IMG/VR virus record: IMGVR_UViG_3300020044_007591 | Span: 1-51,682 of that record | Reading direction: 5' to 3' (one strand) | Length of the DNA stretch: 51,682 nt | Origin: a virus | Taxonomy: Duplodnaviria > Caudoviricetes | Shown here: one piece after another, positions 7,963 to 17,395 of the stretch | Layout of the letters: each line of letters opens with the position of its first letter | Numbering within the stretch: the stretch's first letter is position 1 | Translations under genes and position numbers: made by a program | The notes under the pieces: generated by a model | Told to the model about the DNA's origin: nothing | What the model saw: the letters and a program-made list of their open reading frames with translations, nothing else | Database searches by the model: none

Positions 7963-9408
7963 TTACATAGAGGAAGCACCCTTGTACAAAGCCAATCCGC
8001 TAGCAAGTTGCGCAAGCGGAGATGCGCTGTAAGAAGCGCCAGACGTTGTACCTTGGTTAGTCGATGTGGTCGGTACACTTGGGGCCATGCCCCGAATTTG
8101 CGTATTGAGCCAATCGAGCTGCTGCTTGGGATAATTTTGCGCATTCTGAAACTCTTGTTGAGCGGCAGTAAGAGTTCTTTGTGCTTGACCCTGCTGAGCC
8201 TGACCGGCAGCTTCCAAAGCCGCAACGTCAGAAGTGCGCATGGCGTTCTGTTGCTGCGTCAAAGTTCCGACATTTGTAAGAGCTTGCATCTGACGAGCAT
8301 AATCTTGGGCCTGAGCTTGTTGAGCAGCTTGCGCAGCTGAAAGACCAAATTGCTGTTGAGCCTGACCAGCGGTGGTCTGCATCTGGCCAAGATTAGCAAG
8401 GTTTTGCATTTGCTGGCCGGTAAGCTGGCCAGCGGTTTGGCCAAGGTTTCCAAGCGATGATGCTTGCTGAGCGGTAAGCTGCCCAGCCGTCTGACCAAGA
8501 TTTCCGTACTGAGCACCACCCTGCAAGACGCGAGATAGATCGGCACCGCTGATGCTACCAACCGTGCCCGCCAATTGCGCCTGACGGGCAAGATCAGCTT
8601 GAGAAGCGCCAAGAGCCTGCCCATAGCCTTGATTGGCCATCTGTGCTTGTTGGTTAAGGATGGCTTCTTGAGTATCACGCAAAGCACGGCTACCGAACTC
8701 GCCCATTCGGCTACCACCAAACTGACCAGCTTTAATAAAAGAGTCAGACACTTGGGGAAGCAAGTTTTCGCTAAGGTTCCTAGCACCTTGTTGGGCAATA
8801 ACATCCATCGCATTTTGCTGATACGGACTCATATACTGGCCAATATTGGCAGCAGATGACTGAGAAGCTGCCTGCAAATAAGGGTTTGCGGCATTTAAAG
8901 CTCTGTCGGATAGCGCCTGAGCGGTTGTAGATCCAGCCTGATTAAGATATGGCTGCGCCGCACCCATGATGTTACCGGCAGAGGCAGCAGCTTGGCTAAG
9001 ATAGGGTTGCGCCGCACCCATTATATCCTGCTGGCCAGCTTGATTAAAATAACCCTGACCCGCATTTAGGTTCTGATCGACAAGACCTTGGCGCAAATAT
9101 TGATCTTGAGCCTGTCTTAGTTGATCTGCTGTGCCTTTTGACGAAAAATCTTTCATTCCGCTTGTGGCAAAATCCATATTAGGTTGCCAAGCGCCCTGAT
9201 TTTTCCGAACATTTTCATAAGCCTGTTTTTGCATTGCAGACAGCGGGGCAACAGTATCTAAACCGTATTCTTGATACGGTGTTTGAGCTGTATTTGTTGC
9301 CCACTGGATTTGATTATAAATTGCATCTTGCATCCACTTTGGCGTTTCGCTGGTGGATGTTGAGTAAGAAGTCGCCGTTTGCGGCGAACCCTGAAAAAGA
9401 CTTGCCAT
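7963..9408 (-). CDS. Gln/Ala/Gly-rich ejection (pilot-like) protein
   Basis: 481 aa; internal repeats IMGAAQPYL x2 and GNLGQTAGQLT x2; GQFGGSR motif; position among ejection genes. Confidence 0.6.
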   Translation of the reverse strand: MASLFQGSPQTATSYSTSTSETPKWMQDAIYNQIQWATNTAQTPYQEYGLDTVAPLSAMQKQAYENVRKNQGAWQPNMDFATSGMKDFSSKGTADQLRQAQDQYLRQGLVDQNLNAGQGYFNQAGQQDIMGAAQPYLSQAAASAGNIMGAAQPYLNQAGSTTAQALSDRALNAANPYLQAASQSSAANIGQYMSPYQQNAMDVIAQQGARNLSENLLPQVSDSFIKAGQFGGSRMGEFGSRALRDTQEAILNQQAQMANQGYGQALGASQADLARQAQLAGTVGSISGADLSRVLQGGAQYGNLGQTAGQLTAQQASSLGNLGQTAGQLTGQQMQNLANLGQMQTTAGQAQQQFGLSAAQAAQQAQAQDYARQMQALTNVGTLTQQQNAMRTSDVAALEAAGQAQQGQAQRTLTAAQQEFQNAQNYPKQQLDWLNTQIRGMAPSVPTTSTNQGTTSGASYSASPLAQLASGLALYKGASSM

Positions 9409-11042
9409 TAAACGGCTCCCTTAAGATAAGACAGAGGAGATTTAGCATTAGGGCTAAACTTGCCTTTAGCTAAAGTTTTGCCCTTTTGTTTGCGGAGTTC
9501 TTTGCGCATTTGGTCTAACCGACGAGCGCCTTCAGCATTAGACCCATCGCCAAGAAGCGCAACCGTCTCTGCATCCATCACATATTCGCCGTCTGATAAC
9601 TTTGCATTTATCGTATCATCTCGGCCAGATCCAGACCCGCGAGCAAGATTTGAAATATGGTTCAACGCCCCGCCATGAGCAGCAAAAGCTGTCTTTGGCT
9701 GAGCAGGTGTGGCGGGTGTCGATTTGTTGTATTGACCGCCAGTAATGTTATTCCAGTTGCTATTCAAATAGTCAGTCAATGACATATTTCTCTGATTAGC
9801 GTCAGCTTGAAGTTTATCCCAATCCCAGTACGTTGATGGGCGATTGAAATATTCTTGCTTATCTGGCGAGAGCGACGACACAGATTGTTGAACAGCTTTA
9901 GGTTGAGTTAATAATGAACCGGCTGTTAATCCTAAAATACCTAATTTTGCATAATCGCCAAATGTAGAGTCTTTATCAGGCACTAAAGATTTCAAGCTTT
10001 GTACAACATAATTTGCGGGACTGTTATAGGCTGCAAACTCTTCAACAGAGGGTCGCATTTTACCTAAATTTTCAAATCCGGGCGGCGTTGGGACATTAGC
10101 CTGATCAATTGCGGCTCTAGCTAACGGGCTTACGTTATCTGCTGCGGCAGTTGTTGTTCCTTCAACAGCCGCAGGGGCTACGTTATCAGCCACCGCATCC
10201 GTAGCGGCTTTTGCCCCAGTTGCGCCAGCTGAAAATAGTCCGTTTTCGCCGGTTAATCCTAGACTGTCAGTTGCTTTTGTAAGAAACCCGCCTTCGCCGG
10301 TTAAACCTAAACTATCTGTAGCTTGCCCGACTAGACCGGCAGGGCCAAGAAGGTAATTCCCTAAACCTGCGGTCAATCCGCCAATTACAGCGCCTTTAGC
10401 GCCTCCGCCCAAAGCCCCCGCGCCAGCCCCAATTACACCAGCACCTAAAGCTGAGGTAGCCGCAGCGCCTAAGCCAAGCCCCAAGCTGCCGCTAATAGCG
10501 CTGCCAATGGCCGTGCCAATACCCGGTGCAATGAATGATAAGGCTATGGGTAGAATAGCGCCCAGAATAGAACCCCAAGAAGATTTAAATTGAGGCAAGC
10601 CCGTTGAGGGGTTGAGCGTTCCCAAGGCGCCACGGCTCATAAGCATCTGAGCTTCTCTGGGGTTTATGTGCGCAAGCATCGTGTCGCCACCACGACCCTC
10701 GCTAGCAATACGCCGACCCGCTACTTTCAGCCCTCCGCGAGCATATCCTTGTTGATTCATGCGATCCTGAAGGCCGTAAAGCGCAACAAGAAGAGAGACA
10801 ACAAAAGTCATGTTAAATTGAGGAGGAAACATGTTTTCGTCAATTTCGCCATCTTTAATGGCGGCGTCGCGAATTTCTGCGTATTTAGACGGGTCTTTAA
10901 GAATATGCTCCAAAAAGCTAATCATCTCGTCCATGTCTTGAGGGACGATAGGTTGCCGAGCCAATTGCTCTTCCATCATATCCACGCTCTTTGAGAACCG
11001 TGGATCTTTGTTGGCGAGCTGAATAATTTGCTCTCTGTTCAT
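9408..11042 (-). CDS. Internal virion protein with Gly/Ala-rich hydrophobic segment
   Basis: 544 aa; GRGGDTMLAHINP.EA...NP.TGLPQF and GSG..DD.I.AKLSDGEYV modules flank a long hydrophobic Gly/Ala tract. Confidence 0.6.
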   Translation of the reverse strand: MNREQIIQLANKDPRFSKSVDMMEEQLARQPIVPQDMDEMISFLEHILKDPSKYAEIRDAAIKDGEIDENMFPPQFNMTFVVSLLVALYGLQDRMNQQGYARGGLKVAGRRIASEGRGGDTMLAHINPREAQMLMSRGALGTLNPSTGLPQFKSSWGSILGAILPIALSFIAPGIGTAIGSAISGSLGLGLGAAATSALGAGVIGAGAGALGGGAKGAVIGGLTAGLGNYLLGPAGLVGQATDSLGLTGEGGFLTKATDSLGLTGENGLFSAGATGAKAATDAVADNVAPAAVEGTTTAAADNVSPLARAAIDQANVPTPPGFENLGKMRPSVEEFAAYNSPANYVVQSLKSLVPDKDSTFGDYAKLGILGLTAGSLLTQPKAVQQSVSSLSPDKQEYFNRPSTYWDWDKLQADANQRNMSLTDYLNSNWNNITGGQYNKSTPATPAQPKTAFAAHGGALNHISNLARGSGSGRDDTINAKLSDGEYVMDAETVALLGDGSNAEGARRLDQMRKELRKQKGKTLAKGKFSPNAKSPLSYLKGAV

Positions 11043-11051
11043 TTTAAAGCC

Positions 11052-11285
11052 CTATTCTACCGTTTGACAGAAACGATCAGCCCATGTCTGCCAATCGTTA
11101 AAATTATATGGAATCGGGATGTTTTCTTTCAAAGAAGCATTATTGACAAACTGCATAGCCCAGTCTTGCCATTTAGTTTCGTCTTGAAGCCGCCCAAAAG
11201 CGCCATATGGATCTAAGTCTAAGGCGATTTGATCTGCCCAATCTCGAAGCTGCATCCCTGCGGGGAGAGTGATTCTTATACTCAT
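11052..11285 (-). CDS. Small Trp-rich virion-associated protein
   Basis: 77 aa with repeated W..WA; stop/start overlap with the nozzle gene. Confidence 0.65.
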   Translation of the reverse strand: MSIRITLPAGMQLRDWADQIALDLDPYGAFGRLQDETKWQDWAMQFVNNASLKENIPIPYNFNDWQTWADRFCQTVE

Positions 11286-12808
11286 GCGAGCACCGTCCCG
11301 TCTCCGGAATCAATATGCCCGATAATCTGACCCATCTGATAATCGCCACCAACTACATTAGACGTAAATCGAACGCGCAACTCTCTGCGCTGTTCTTTCA
11401 GCATTACGATCTGCTCATATGGCAGCGCTGCCTGCTCTGGGAATGTAAAGACAGTTCCATAAACTTCCGGAGCTCTGGCATTAGCGCGGCCAGTAACTTG
11501 CACAGTCATAGCGCCTGATTGGATAAAGTCGGGTTCTATTGTAGAAATTCTCAGGTATTTGTTCTTGCCTTGCGGAAGCGATGATAAGTCGGCTGTTTCA
11601 AAATATGATTCTATCGGATGAACAAACTGTCCATCAACCTCATCAACGCCCTGTTCATGTATCCAAACGCGATAACCGCTATCTGATGGTATGCAATCCG
11701 TCAGCAACGGAGCAGCAAAACCGTTATTATATCCGCCAGAAGCGCGGCCTGAAGCCGGAAGAGCGGTGTCATACCAGCTTTGCTCGCGCACATTGTAAAT
11801 GATGGCGTGTGTGCATTCAGTTGCGTTATCGCGAGGATAGCACCACCAGATTTCGCCAAAGTGCGGAACTTTAAAGGCAAAAACTTTGCTGCGTTGTCTG
11901 GCGTTTAAATTATCAAAGAACCAATTAAGGTTCATTTGATTAGGAACTTCTCTAACAACGCCGTTGAACATCAGAAAACGATCAACGCCGGGCCAGAAAA
12001 ATACACCATCATAGTCAACAACCGAATCGGGTGACATGATTGAGGTGTCGGTAGCGATTGTATCAAATTGAAATACGGTCGCTCCGCCTGTAAATGTGGC
12101 GCGTATAACGGCATCATAGGCCCAAAAAATACCTGCCGGAGCAGTGCCAGAACCGGCACGTAGCGGCATTCCCTTGATGATCTTTTGGCCCCAAACACGC
12201 GCAGCGCCTGAGCCTAAACCAGAAAGATCTGACGGTGTTCCGGCAACTGACCAGCCTATAATGCCAGCCGTGCCGTAATACATGAGATATGGGAACATCA
12301 TAACAATACCGCCGGTCGCATTTGTACCTGCGGGTAATGCTATTTCTGTAAGAGGAGCCGTTCCCAAAACATCGCCATAGAAAATTTGACCGCCGACATC
12401 ATTGCAGACGCAGCTTAAATTGGGAGCAACATGGGCGATGATTGAATTTTCAGAGGTTGAAGCGTCATAAGCCGTTTGGAACATCCATTGATTATAATTT
12501 GAATCAACGAGCGTTGACGGTGTTCTGTCGCTTATGATCGAGCTGTTTCCATTACTGTCAATAGTAAACCGCTCTAACGTGCTATGACCACCAGAATGGC
12601 AGTATTGTACGCTTTGTTGCGTGAAGCTATTGAAGCCTCTAGATATTTCGCTGAGGTATTTGTTAATAGACCGATACCCGCCAACTTTGCGAGGCAAGCC
12701 GCGTTGAAAGCGCACCCACTGACCATCAGTGTAAAATTCTCCATCAAATTTCGTCCCGTCACGTTTAATTCCGGGCTGAGAACGGAGTATTAAAGTGCTT
12801 TCAGGCAT
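11282..12808 (-). CDS. Tail nozzle / packaged-DNA stabilisation protein (P22 gp10-like, by position and fold character)
   Basis: About 508 aa, beta-rich; PGIKRDGT...WVRF..G.P.K.GG start and EIWWCYP motif; lies between adaptor and ejection genes. Confidence 0.6.
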   Translation of the reverse strand: MPESTLILRSQPGIKRDGTKFDGEFYTDGQWVRFQRGLPRKVGGYRSINKYLSEISRGFNSFTQQSVQYCHSGGHSTLERFTIDSNGNSSIISDRTPSTLVDSNYNQWMFQTAYDASTSENSIIAHVAPNLSCVCNDVGGQIFYGDVLGTAPLTEIALPAGTNATGGIVMMFPYLMYYGTAGIIGWSVAGTPSDLSGLGSGAARVWGQKIIKGMPLRAGSGTAPAGIFWAYDAVIRATFTGGATVFQFDTIATDTSIMSPDSVVDYDGVFFWPGVDRFLMFNGVVREVPNQMNLNWFFDNLNARQRSKVFAFKVPHFGEIWWCYPRDNATECTHAIIYNVREQSWYDTALPASGRASGGYNNGFAAPLLTDCIPSDSGYRVWIHEQGVDEVDGQFVHPIESYFETADLSSLPQGKNKYLRISTIEPDFIQSGAMTVQVTGRANARAPEVYGTVFTFPEQAALPYEQIVMLKEQRRELRVRFTSNVVGGDYQMGQIIGHIDSGDGTVLA

Positions 12809-14010
12809 CAAAAATCTCCGCCATCAATATTACCGGCCTGAGCAACGCCTAAAGCTGCCCAAGCAGCCGGTTGATCAACAGCTGTAAACAGCGCTATGCC
12901 TGTAGATGTTCCGCCAAGATTTATGAGCGCCCCACCAGCTGTAGTAGCGCCTGTGCCGCCTTGAGAGACAAGAATAGGATAACTTGCCGTGGCTGTATCG
13001 GCGTCAATTACGTCAGAACCATCGCAGTAATAAATACCGCGCTCGCCTTGAGCAACTTGAACGCCTGTCCCAGCTGAAGTGCGAACAGTCAGAACATATG
13101 CGCCGGTCGTAGAATTATCCAGCCAATACTGTTGAACAGTGCTAGGGACAATTACATCTCGATCACCTGTCAAAACGCCCGTAAATTTGTAAACAATTCT
13201 GTTAAGCTCTGAACCCGTCAAAGTATAATTGCCGGAACCGGCAATATCTATGACGGTGTAATCAAAAACAAAAACAGACGCTTGGCCAAATCCTAGCGTG
13301 TAATAATCAGTTCCATCGCTGATAATTACAGATGATTCTTCCGGCTGATAATCTTTTGTAGCAAGACCATCAATATTTGCGGTTCCATCCGGCTGAACAG
13401 AAACTTGCCCGCCACCGGCATTTCGCAAATACATGAACCAATTATTGCCGACCGTAGCAGGATTGGGGAGCGTAAGCGTTCCGCTGCCACCGCTATTCCA
13501 AACGTACATTTTGGCGCGATCATTAACGCCAGCAACGTAATCTGAGTTAAAAAGGGTAATGGGAACAGATTGGCTGAGCAACGTGCCGACGGCCACAATT
13601 CCCGTTCCAGCTAGGGCTGAAGCATTGGCCTGAGAAACAGACGCGCCAAATTGCAGCGAATCCCATGTTCCAGCTTCGGTTGTGTTATTAGTCAGATAAA
13701 TCTGCCAAACTTCACCAGACCCGATTGAAACAACTTGGACGCCCGTAGCCGTTTTAACAATGAAGGTTTCAGCGCCTTTATTGTTAAAGAGAATTGTTTC
13801 GCCAACGCCAGCTTTCTGGGCGTCAGGCAAAAAGATGCTCAAACCCGAACTAGCCGCCGTAACGTCTATAATCCTAGTCGCCAGATTTTCGCTAGTTGAG
13901 GTTTCTTCCGGCCAGCTAAGGACAATATCGGTTGAAAGCGCGATGGCGCTATAGCTTATCTCAGCAGGATAAATATTAGCGCCGCCAAAAACGCTTGTGT
14001 AAGTTGTCAT
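12808..14010 (-). CDS. Tail / proximal fibre structural protein
   Basis: 400 aa, beta-rich, with repeated TLTLP/IFLP..N modules, a GGTGATTA fibre motif and C-terminal IDGGDF. Confidence 0.6.
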   Translation of the reverse strand: MTTYTSVFGGANIYPAEISYSAIALSTDIVLSWPEETSTSENLATRIIDVTAASSGLSIFLPDAQKAGVGETILFNNKGAETFIVKTATGVQVVSIGSGEVWQIYLTNNTTEAGTWDSLQFGASVSQANASALAGTGIVAVGTLLSQSVPITLFNSDYVAGVNDRAKMYVWNSGGSGTLTLPNPATVGNNWFMYLRNAGGGQVSVQPDGTANIDGLATKDYQPEESSVIISDGTDYYTLGFGQASVFVFDYTVIDIAGSGNYTLTGSELNRIVYKFTGVLTGDRDVIVPSTVQQYWLDNSTTGAYVLTVRTSAGTGVQVAQGERGIYYCDGSDVIDADTATASYPILVSQGGTGATTAGGALINLGGTSTGIALFTAVDQPAAWAALGVAQAGNIDGGDF

Positions 14011-14642
14011 CAGGCTTCGCTCCTATTCGCAGAACGATCCATGATACGTTTCAGATCCTCATTATTGATTGCAGAGGCTGCACGATCATAAAGACCCTGC
14101 CAAGTTTGAATACGTTCGTCATTTTTCAAGAAAGGTGTAGCCTCAAGCAGCGCGGCATACAGAAGCAAATCAGGAGCATATTGCGTGAGCCAATTTGTCT
14201 GGAAATCATCGCCAAGAAAAGCTGGCTGTTGGTAATAGAGAATCTCAAGGGTCTGGGCCGTTTCCGGTGTCGGAACCAGCAACCAATGCTGATAGTCATA
14301 ATCAGCGTAGAATTGAGGCGTTCCAGTCTGTGCCTCATCGGGCCAGTAAGAGCGGCAATATTCGTAAGAACGAGCAAAAATAGGCGTATTATCAACGGTC
14401 ATGCTTACAGTATCGCGCCAGCGGTCTGGCTTCATGTAAACAGCAACGCCCGGCTGAAGCGGGGTTGTAACGGGCTGAATAAAGCCCTCAATCTTCAATT
14501 CACGCGCAATACGCCGCTCAGCCAACGTCACAAGACGAGGCAATTGCTCGTAAACGATAGCGTCACTTTCTACCGTAAACCCGCGTTCGAGATAGCGCCG
14601 CAGATCAACCAGCAGGCTATCGTAGGTCATGGTGTAGCTCAT
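14010..14642 (-). CDS. Head-tail adaptor / tail tubular-like protein
   Basis: 210 aa; MTYDSL, LAERRIAREL, GTPQFYA, PTP and NWLTQYAPDLLLYAALLEA motifs typical of podovirus adaptors. Confidence 0.65.
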   Translation of the reverse strand: MSYTMTYDSLLVDLRRYLERGFTVESDAIVYEQLPRLVTLAERRIARELKIEGFIQPVTTPLQPGVAVYMKPDRWRDTVSMTVDNTPIFARSYEYCRSYWPDEAQTGTPQFYADYDYQHWLLVPTPETAQTLEILYYQQPAFLGDDFQTNWLTQYAPDLLLYAALLEATPFLKNDERIQTWQGLYDRAASAINNEDLKRIMDRSANRSEA

Positions 14643-14697
14643 AAATACCCTCGTAAGTATTTTAGCTGCTGCTACAGCATGCGTCGGCGGTAAACGT

Positions 14698-14727
14698 ATT
14701 ATAGCCTTGAATTAGCTACCAAGGCAA
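14698..14727 (-). promoter_or_regulatory. Sigma70-type promoter for the adaptor/nozzle/ejection genes
   Basis: Minus strand TTGCCT-18 nt-TATAAT. Confidence 0.7.
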
Positions 14728-14937
14728 CCAGTTTTGAGGGCGCTGGGTGTTAGAACACCATCCCTCCCGCCTAGCATTGTTGACTTTTATCTCGGTAATC
14801 GTCTGGTCCGTGTCTTTTTTAGACCAAGATACGGTTTTCCATACGTCACAAACGGCCCCATTAGTCGCGGGCGAACCCGTCAGACTGGCGCAATTTGTCA
14901 GGGGAAGTGCCAACAGCATCACCAGCAGTAAGCGCAT
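14716..14937 (-). CDS. Outer-membrane spanin lipoprotein (Rz1-like)
   Basis: MRLLLVMLLALPLTNC lipobox; AGGAG RBS; overlaps the 3' end of the i-spanin gene. Confidence 0.7.
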   Translation of the reverse strand: MRLLLVMLLALPLTNCASLTGSPATNGAVCDVWKTVSWSKKDTDQTITEIKVNNARREGWCSNTQRPQNWLPW

Positions 14938-15091
14938 TTTGTGTTCTCCTAAGAACGTCAGCTTGCGCCGCCGCTTCAATCTCGGCCACCGCATCAGCCC
15001 TGATCTTCCAATAAATACCCGATGCCGCCATAAAAACAATAATTCCTATGGCGACATATCGGCCTACGGGGGTGAATAAAAAGGCTATCAT
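14861..15091 (-). CDS. Inner-membrane spanin (Rz-like)
   Basis: N-terminal TM helix plus short coiled coil, directly after the endolysin. Confidence 0.7.
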   Translation of the reverse strand: MIAFLFTPVGRYVAIGIIVFMAASGIYWKIRADAVAEIEAAAQADVLRRTQNALTAGDAVGTSPDKLRQSDGFARD

Positions 15092-15819
15092 ACGCCGTAC
15101 TCGTCAAGGTGCTTCTTGCGCCAGTACCAGATGGCAGCACCGATGCCGACCACGGCCACCATGATGAGGAAGTTGGTGTCTTTGAGCATGGACATGACGG
15201 TGGCAAACAGGTCATTTGCCTCTTGAACTTGCGTCACGACTTCCTTGGCGGCCCCGACCGATCCCAAAGCGCCGATAGCAATGGCGCCATTAGCCTGCTT
15301 TGATTCCGTAATGGTCTTTACAGGCACGGGGTCTGGATCGACCCGCTGCTCTTCCTCAACCACGGGCTGGCTAGCCAGATCGCGCCACCATTCTGCCTCT
15401 GCTCTGCGGCGGCGAACCAGCCCCGGCAACTCCTTGCCTTTGGCCTTAGTCCACTTCATCAACTCATTAGGGACGGCATTAAAGTCACCTGCATTGACCC
15501 TCTTGAGCAGGGTTGAGGACTTTAGGTTGCCAACACCAGCGTTGTAGGCAAAGTCCACCAGAACATCGAATTGGTGCTGGCTAAGGGGAACCTTGACCAT
15601 ATCAGCCACGGGCTTCTCGTACTTAACCAAATCACGCTTTAAGATCTCTTCAGCTTCAGCCTGAGTAATTGTCAGACCTTCAGTGACATCAGGCGCACCA
15701 GCGGCAGACGTATGGCCGTAGCCGATAGTCCAAATGGCAACTGGATCTTTGTAGGCTTTCAGCTTACAGCCTTCAAACTTCTTGAGAAGGGCGTCTATGC
15801 CCTGATCTGACATACGCAT
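15088..15819 (-). CDS. Endolysin, GH24 lysozyme with C-terminal hydrophobic helices
   Basis: FEG...KAYKD....WTIGYGHT, FD.LV.FAYN.G and GLVRRRRAE motifs. Confidence 0.9.
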   Translation of the reverse strand: MRMSDQGIDALLKKFEGCKLKAYKDPVAIWTIGYGHTSAAGAPDVTEGLTITQAEAEEILKRDLVKYEKPVADMVKVPLSQHQFDVLVDFAYNAGVGNLKSSTLLKRVNAGDFNAVPNELMKWTKAKGKELPGLVRRRRAEAEWWRDLASQPVVEEEQRVDPDPVPVKTITESKQANGAIAIGALGSVGAAKEVVTQVQEANDLFATVMSMLKDTNFLIMVAVVGIGAAIWYWRKKHLDEYGV

Positions 15820-15821
15820 GA

Positions 15822-16292
15822 TTATCTGCCCTCAATATTGAAATTCAAGTTCTTATGGTCTGGGTAGGCAATGATGACATTGCCTTCTGGACACTTGTAG
15901 GTAATTCGGGCAATCAGCTTTGCGCTGCCCTGAGCCAAACTTTCAGGCTTCTCAATCGTCATTGTGTAGCCAAACTTGTCCACCGTAGGGCTGGCTGGGC
16001 CAGAGAACGTGGAGACAGATGAATTTGCTTTATGGACAATGAAATCAGCATCCCGAACTTCAAGACCAAAGGCCTCAACTGTGCAGTCATCGCGGATCTT
16101 TTGCCGTGCAACAACTACTTTGAACTCACCTGAAGCTGGGCCATTTGAAATGCTGAAGTGGTCTGCATCCCATTCTAGGATATTTTTGGGTCCGGGCTTC
16201 ATCTTTTCATACAAAGAATAACCACCACCAAGCAGCGTGACGATTGCGGTTGCCGCCGCAATAGGCTTGATAATGGAATCCGCAGCAATCAT
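15822..16292 (-). CDS. Membrane-anchored hypothetical protein in the lysis cassette
   Basis: N-terminal hydrophobic helix followed by a beta-rich domain with two Cys. Confidence 0.65.
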   Translation of the reverse strand: MIAADSIIKPIAAATAIVTLLGGGYSLYEKMKPGPKNILEWDADHFSISNGPASGEFKVVVARQKIRDDCTVEAFGLEVRDADFIVHKANSSVSTFSGPASPTVDKFGYTMTIEKPESLAQGSAKLIARITYKCPEGNVIIAYPDHKNLNFNIEGR

Positions 16293-16522
16293 TTGTCGGC
16301 CTTATTGTCTAGTTTGTCATAGATCCGCTGAAACATCGTTTCGATATGATCCATGCGCTTGTCTAGGTCTAATTTGCTGACGTAGGACTTGGGAAGATCA
16401 ATCTCGATGTCGTGAAGATCTTTTCGAAGGTCTTTAACAGCACCCCATAATTCTCTGGCAAACCAGCCGCCCGAGGCTATAGCCGCCACAGTAACAATGT
16501 TTATGATGTTCTGGGTGTCCAT
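16289..16522 (-). CDS. Putative holin-like membrane protein
   Basis: 77 aa with a single N-terminal TM helix and coiled coil, upstream of the endolysin. Confidence 0.5.
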   Translation of the reverse strand: MDTQNIINIVTVAAIASGGWFARELWGAVKDLRKDLHDIEIDLPKSYVSKLDLDKRMDHIETMFQRIYDKLDNKADK

Positions 16523-16523
16523 T

Positions 16524-16751
16524 TTATGTTTCGCTATTAATTACGGCTGTGGATGTGTCCCTATCTATAACAAGAACACCCTCGCAGGCCAAGTTCCACT
16601 CGCCATAAGCAAACTCATTGTGGCACGGCACATTCACTTTGAAGTTCTTGAAAAGGTATTCCTTACCATCTTCAAACACACGCCACTTGTGGTCTTGGGT
16701 GCCGCGCAAAGGCTCACCAGCACTTTTGTTGTATCTGATGTGATACTTCAT
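16524..16751 (-). CDS. Hypothetical protein
   Basis: 75 aa, translationally coupled to the oxygenase gene. Confidence 0.65.
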   Translation of the reverse strand: MKYHIRYNKSAGEPLRGTQDHKWRVFEDGKEYLFKNFKVNVPCHNEFAYGEWNLACEGVLVIDRDTSTAVINSET

Positions 16752-17386
16752 CAGATCACCTCAGCCGCCGGAGCAGGAGGATTGGCAATGACGCTCAGAT
16801 TGAAATGGATGAACGTCACTGGATCTTCTGAGCTGTTGCGCGTGAATGAGTGCGGCAACCAAGCATTTGTAAAGATCATGGTTCCGGCCTCTGGGGCCAC
16901 ATTGATCTGATTACTAGCGCCGCTGATCTGGGCTATATCAAACTCAGGCAGACTGGCCTGTACTTTGCCAGCGCGGGGGTCATGGAATGTGGCCGCAGAG
17001 CCGCCCTGTGGTGATCTGAGGAAGTAAAAGCCGATAATCTGCGAACCGTAGGGATGAACGTGTTGGTCCATGCCTGAGTATTTGTAGTGGTGCTGGCCCC
17101 ACATTTCTGTGAATGAGGTGCTGAACTTTGGCATGTCGTAGCCCTGACCGCCCAGAATGTTCCACGCCGTGCTGCCGATATATCCGCAGAAATCTTCTAG
17201 GCGCGGATCTTCAAAGAGATTGTCAGTCATGTAGACAGGGTAAACTTCGTTATGTTGACCCTGCTCTTTCTTGCGCTTTTCGATGTATTCATCGACGACT
17301 GGACGAACCGTATCCAAGAATTGCGGCTTTTTGACTACATAAATAGTCGTAGGAAAGCAGTGTATTTGCTCAAGTTCGTCAGTCAT
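16751..17386 (-). CDS. Putative 2OG-Fe(II) oxygenase (TIGR02466-like)
   Basis: F.T.IY start, W......HxH.....GFYFL, F.DPR and F..WLPH motifs of the double-stranded beta-helix fold. Confidence 0.75.
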   Translation of the reverse strand: MTDELEQIHCFPTTIYVVKKPQFLDTVRPVVDEYIEKRKKEQGQHNEVYPVYMTDNLFEDPRLEDFCGYIGSTAWNILGGQGYDMPKFSTSFTEMWGQHHYKYSGMDQHVHPYGSQIIGFYFLRSPQGGSAATFHDPRAGKVQASLPEFDIAQISGASNQINVAPEAGTMIFTNAWLPHSFTRNSSEDPVTFIHFNLSVIANPPAPAAEVI

Positions 17387-17395
17387 AGTTCCCCC

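Noticed and set aside
13995-14693. 232-aa plus-strand ORF and similar antisense ORFs in the late region
   Set aside because: They lie fully opposite well-supported, translationally coupled minus-strand genes.
14645-14695. SAM-II/SAM-V riboswitch suggested by GCAGCTAAAA
   Set aside because: The conserved 5' elements and pseudoknot partner are missing and the downstream gene is structural; kept only as the shared leader hairpin.
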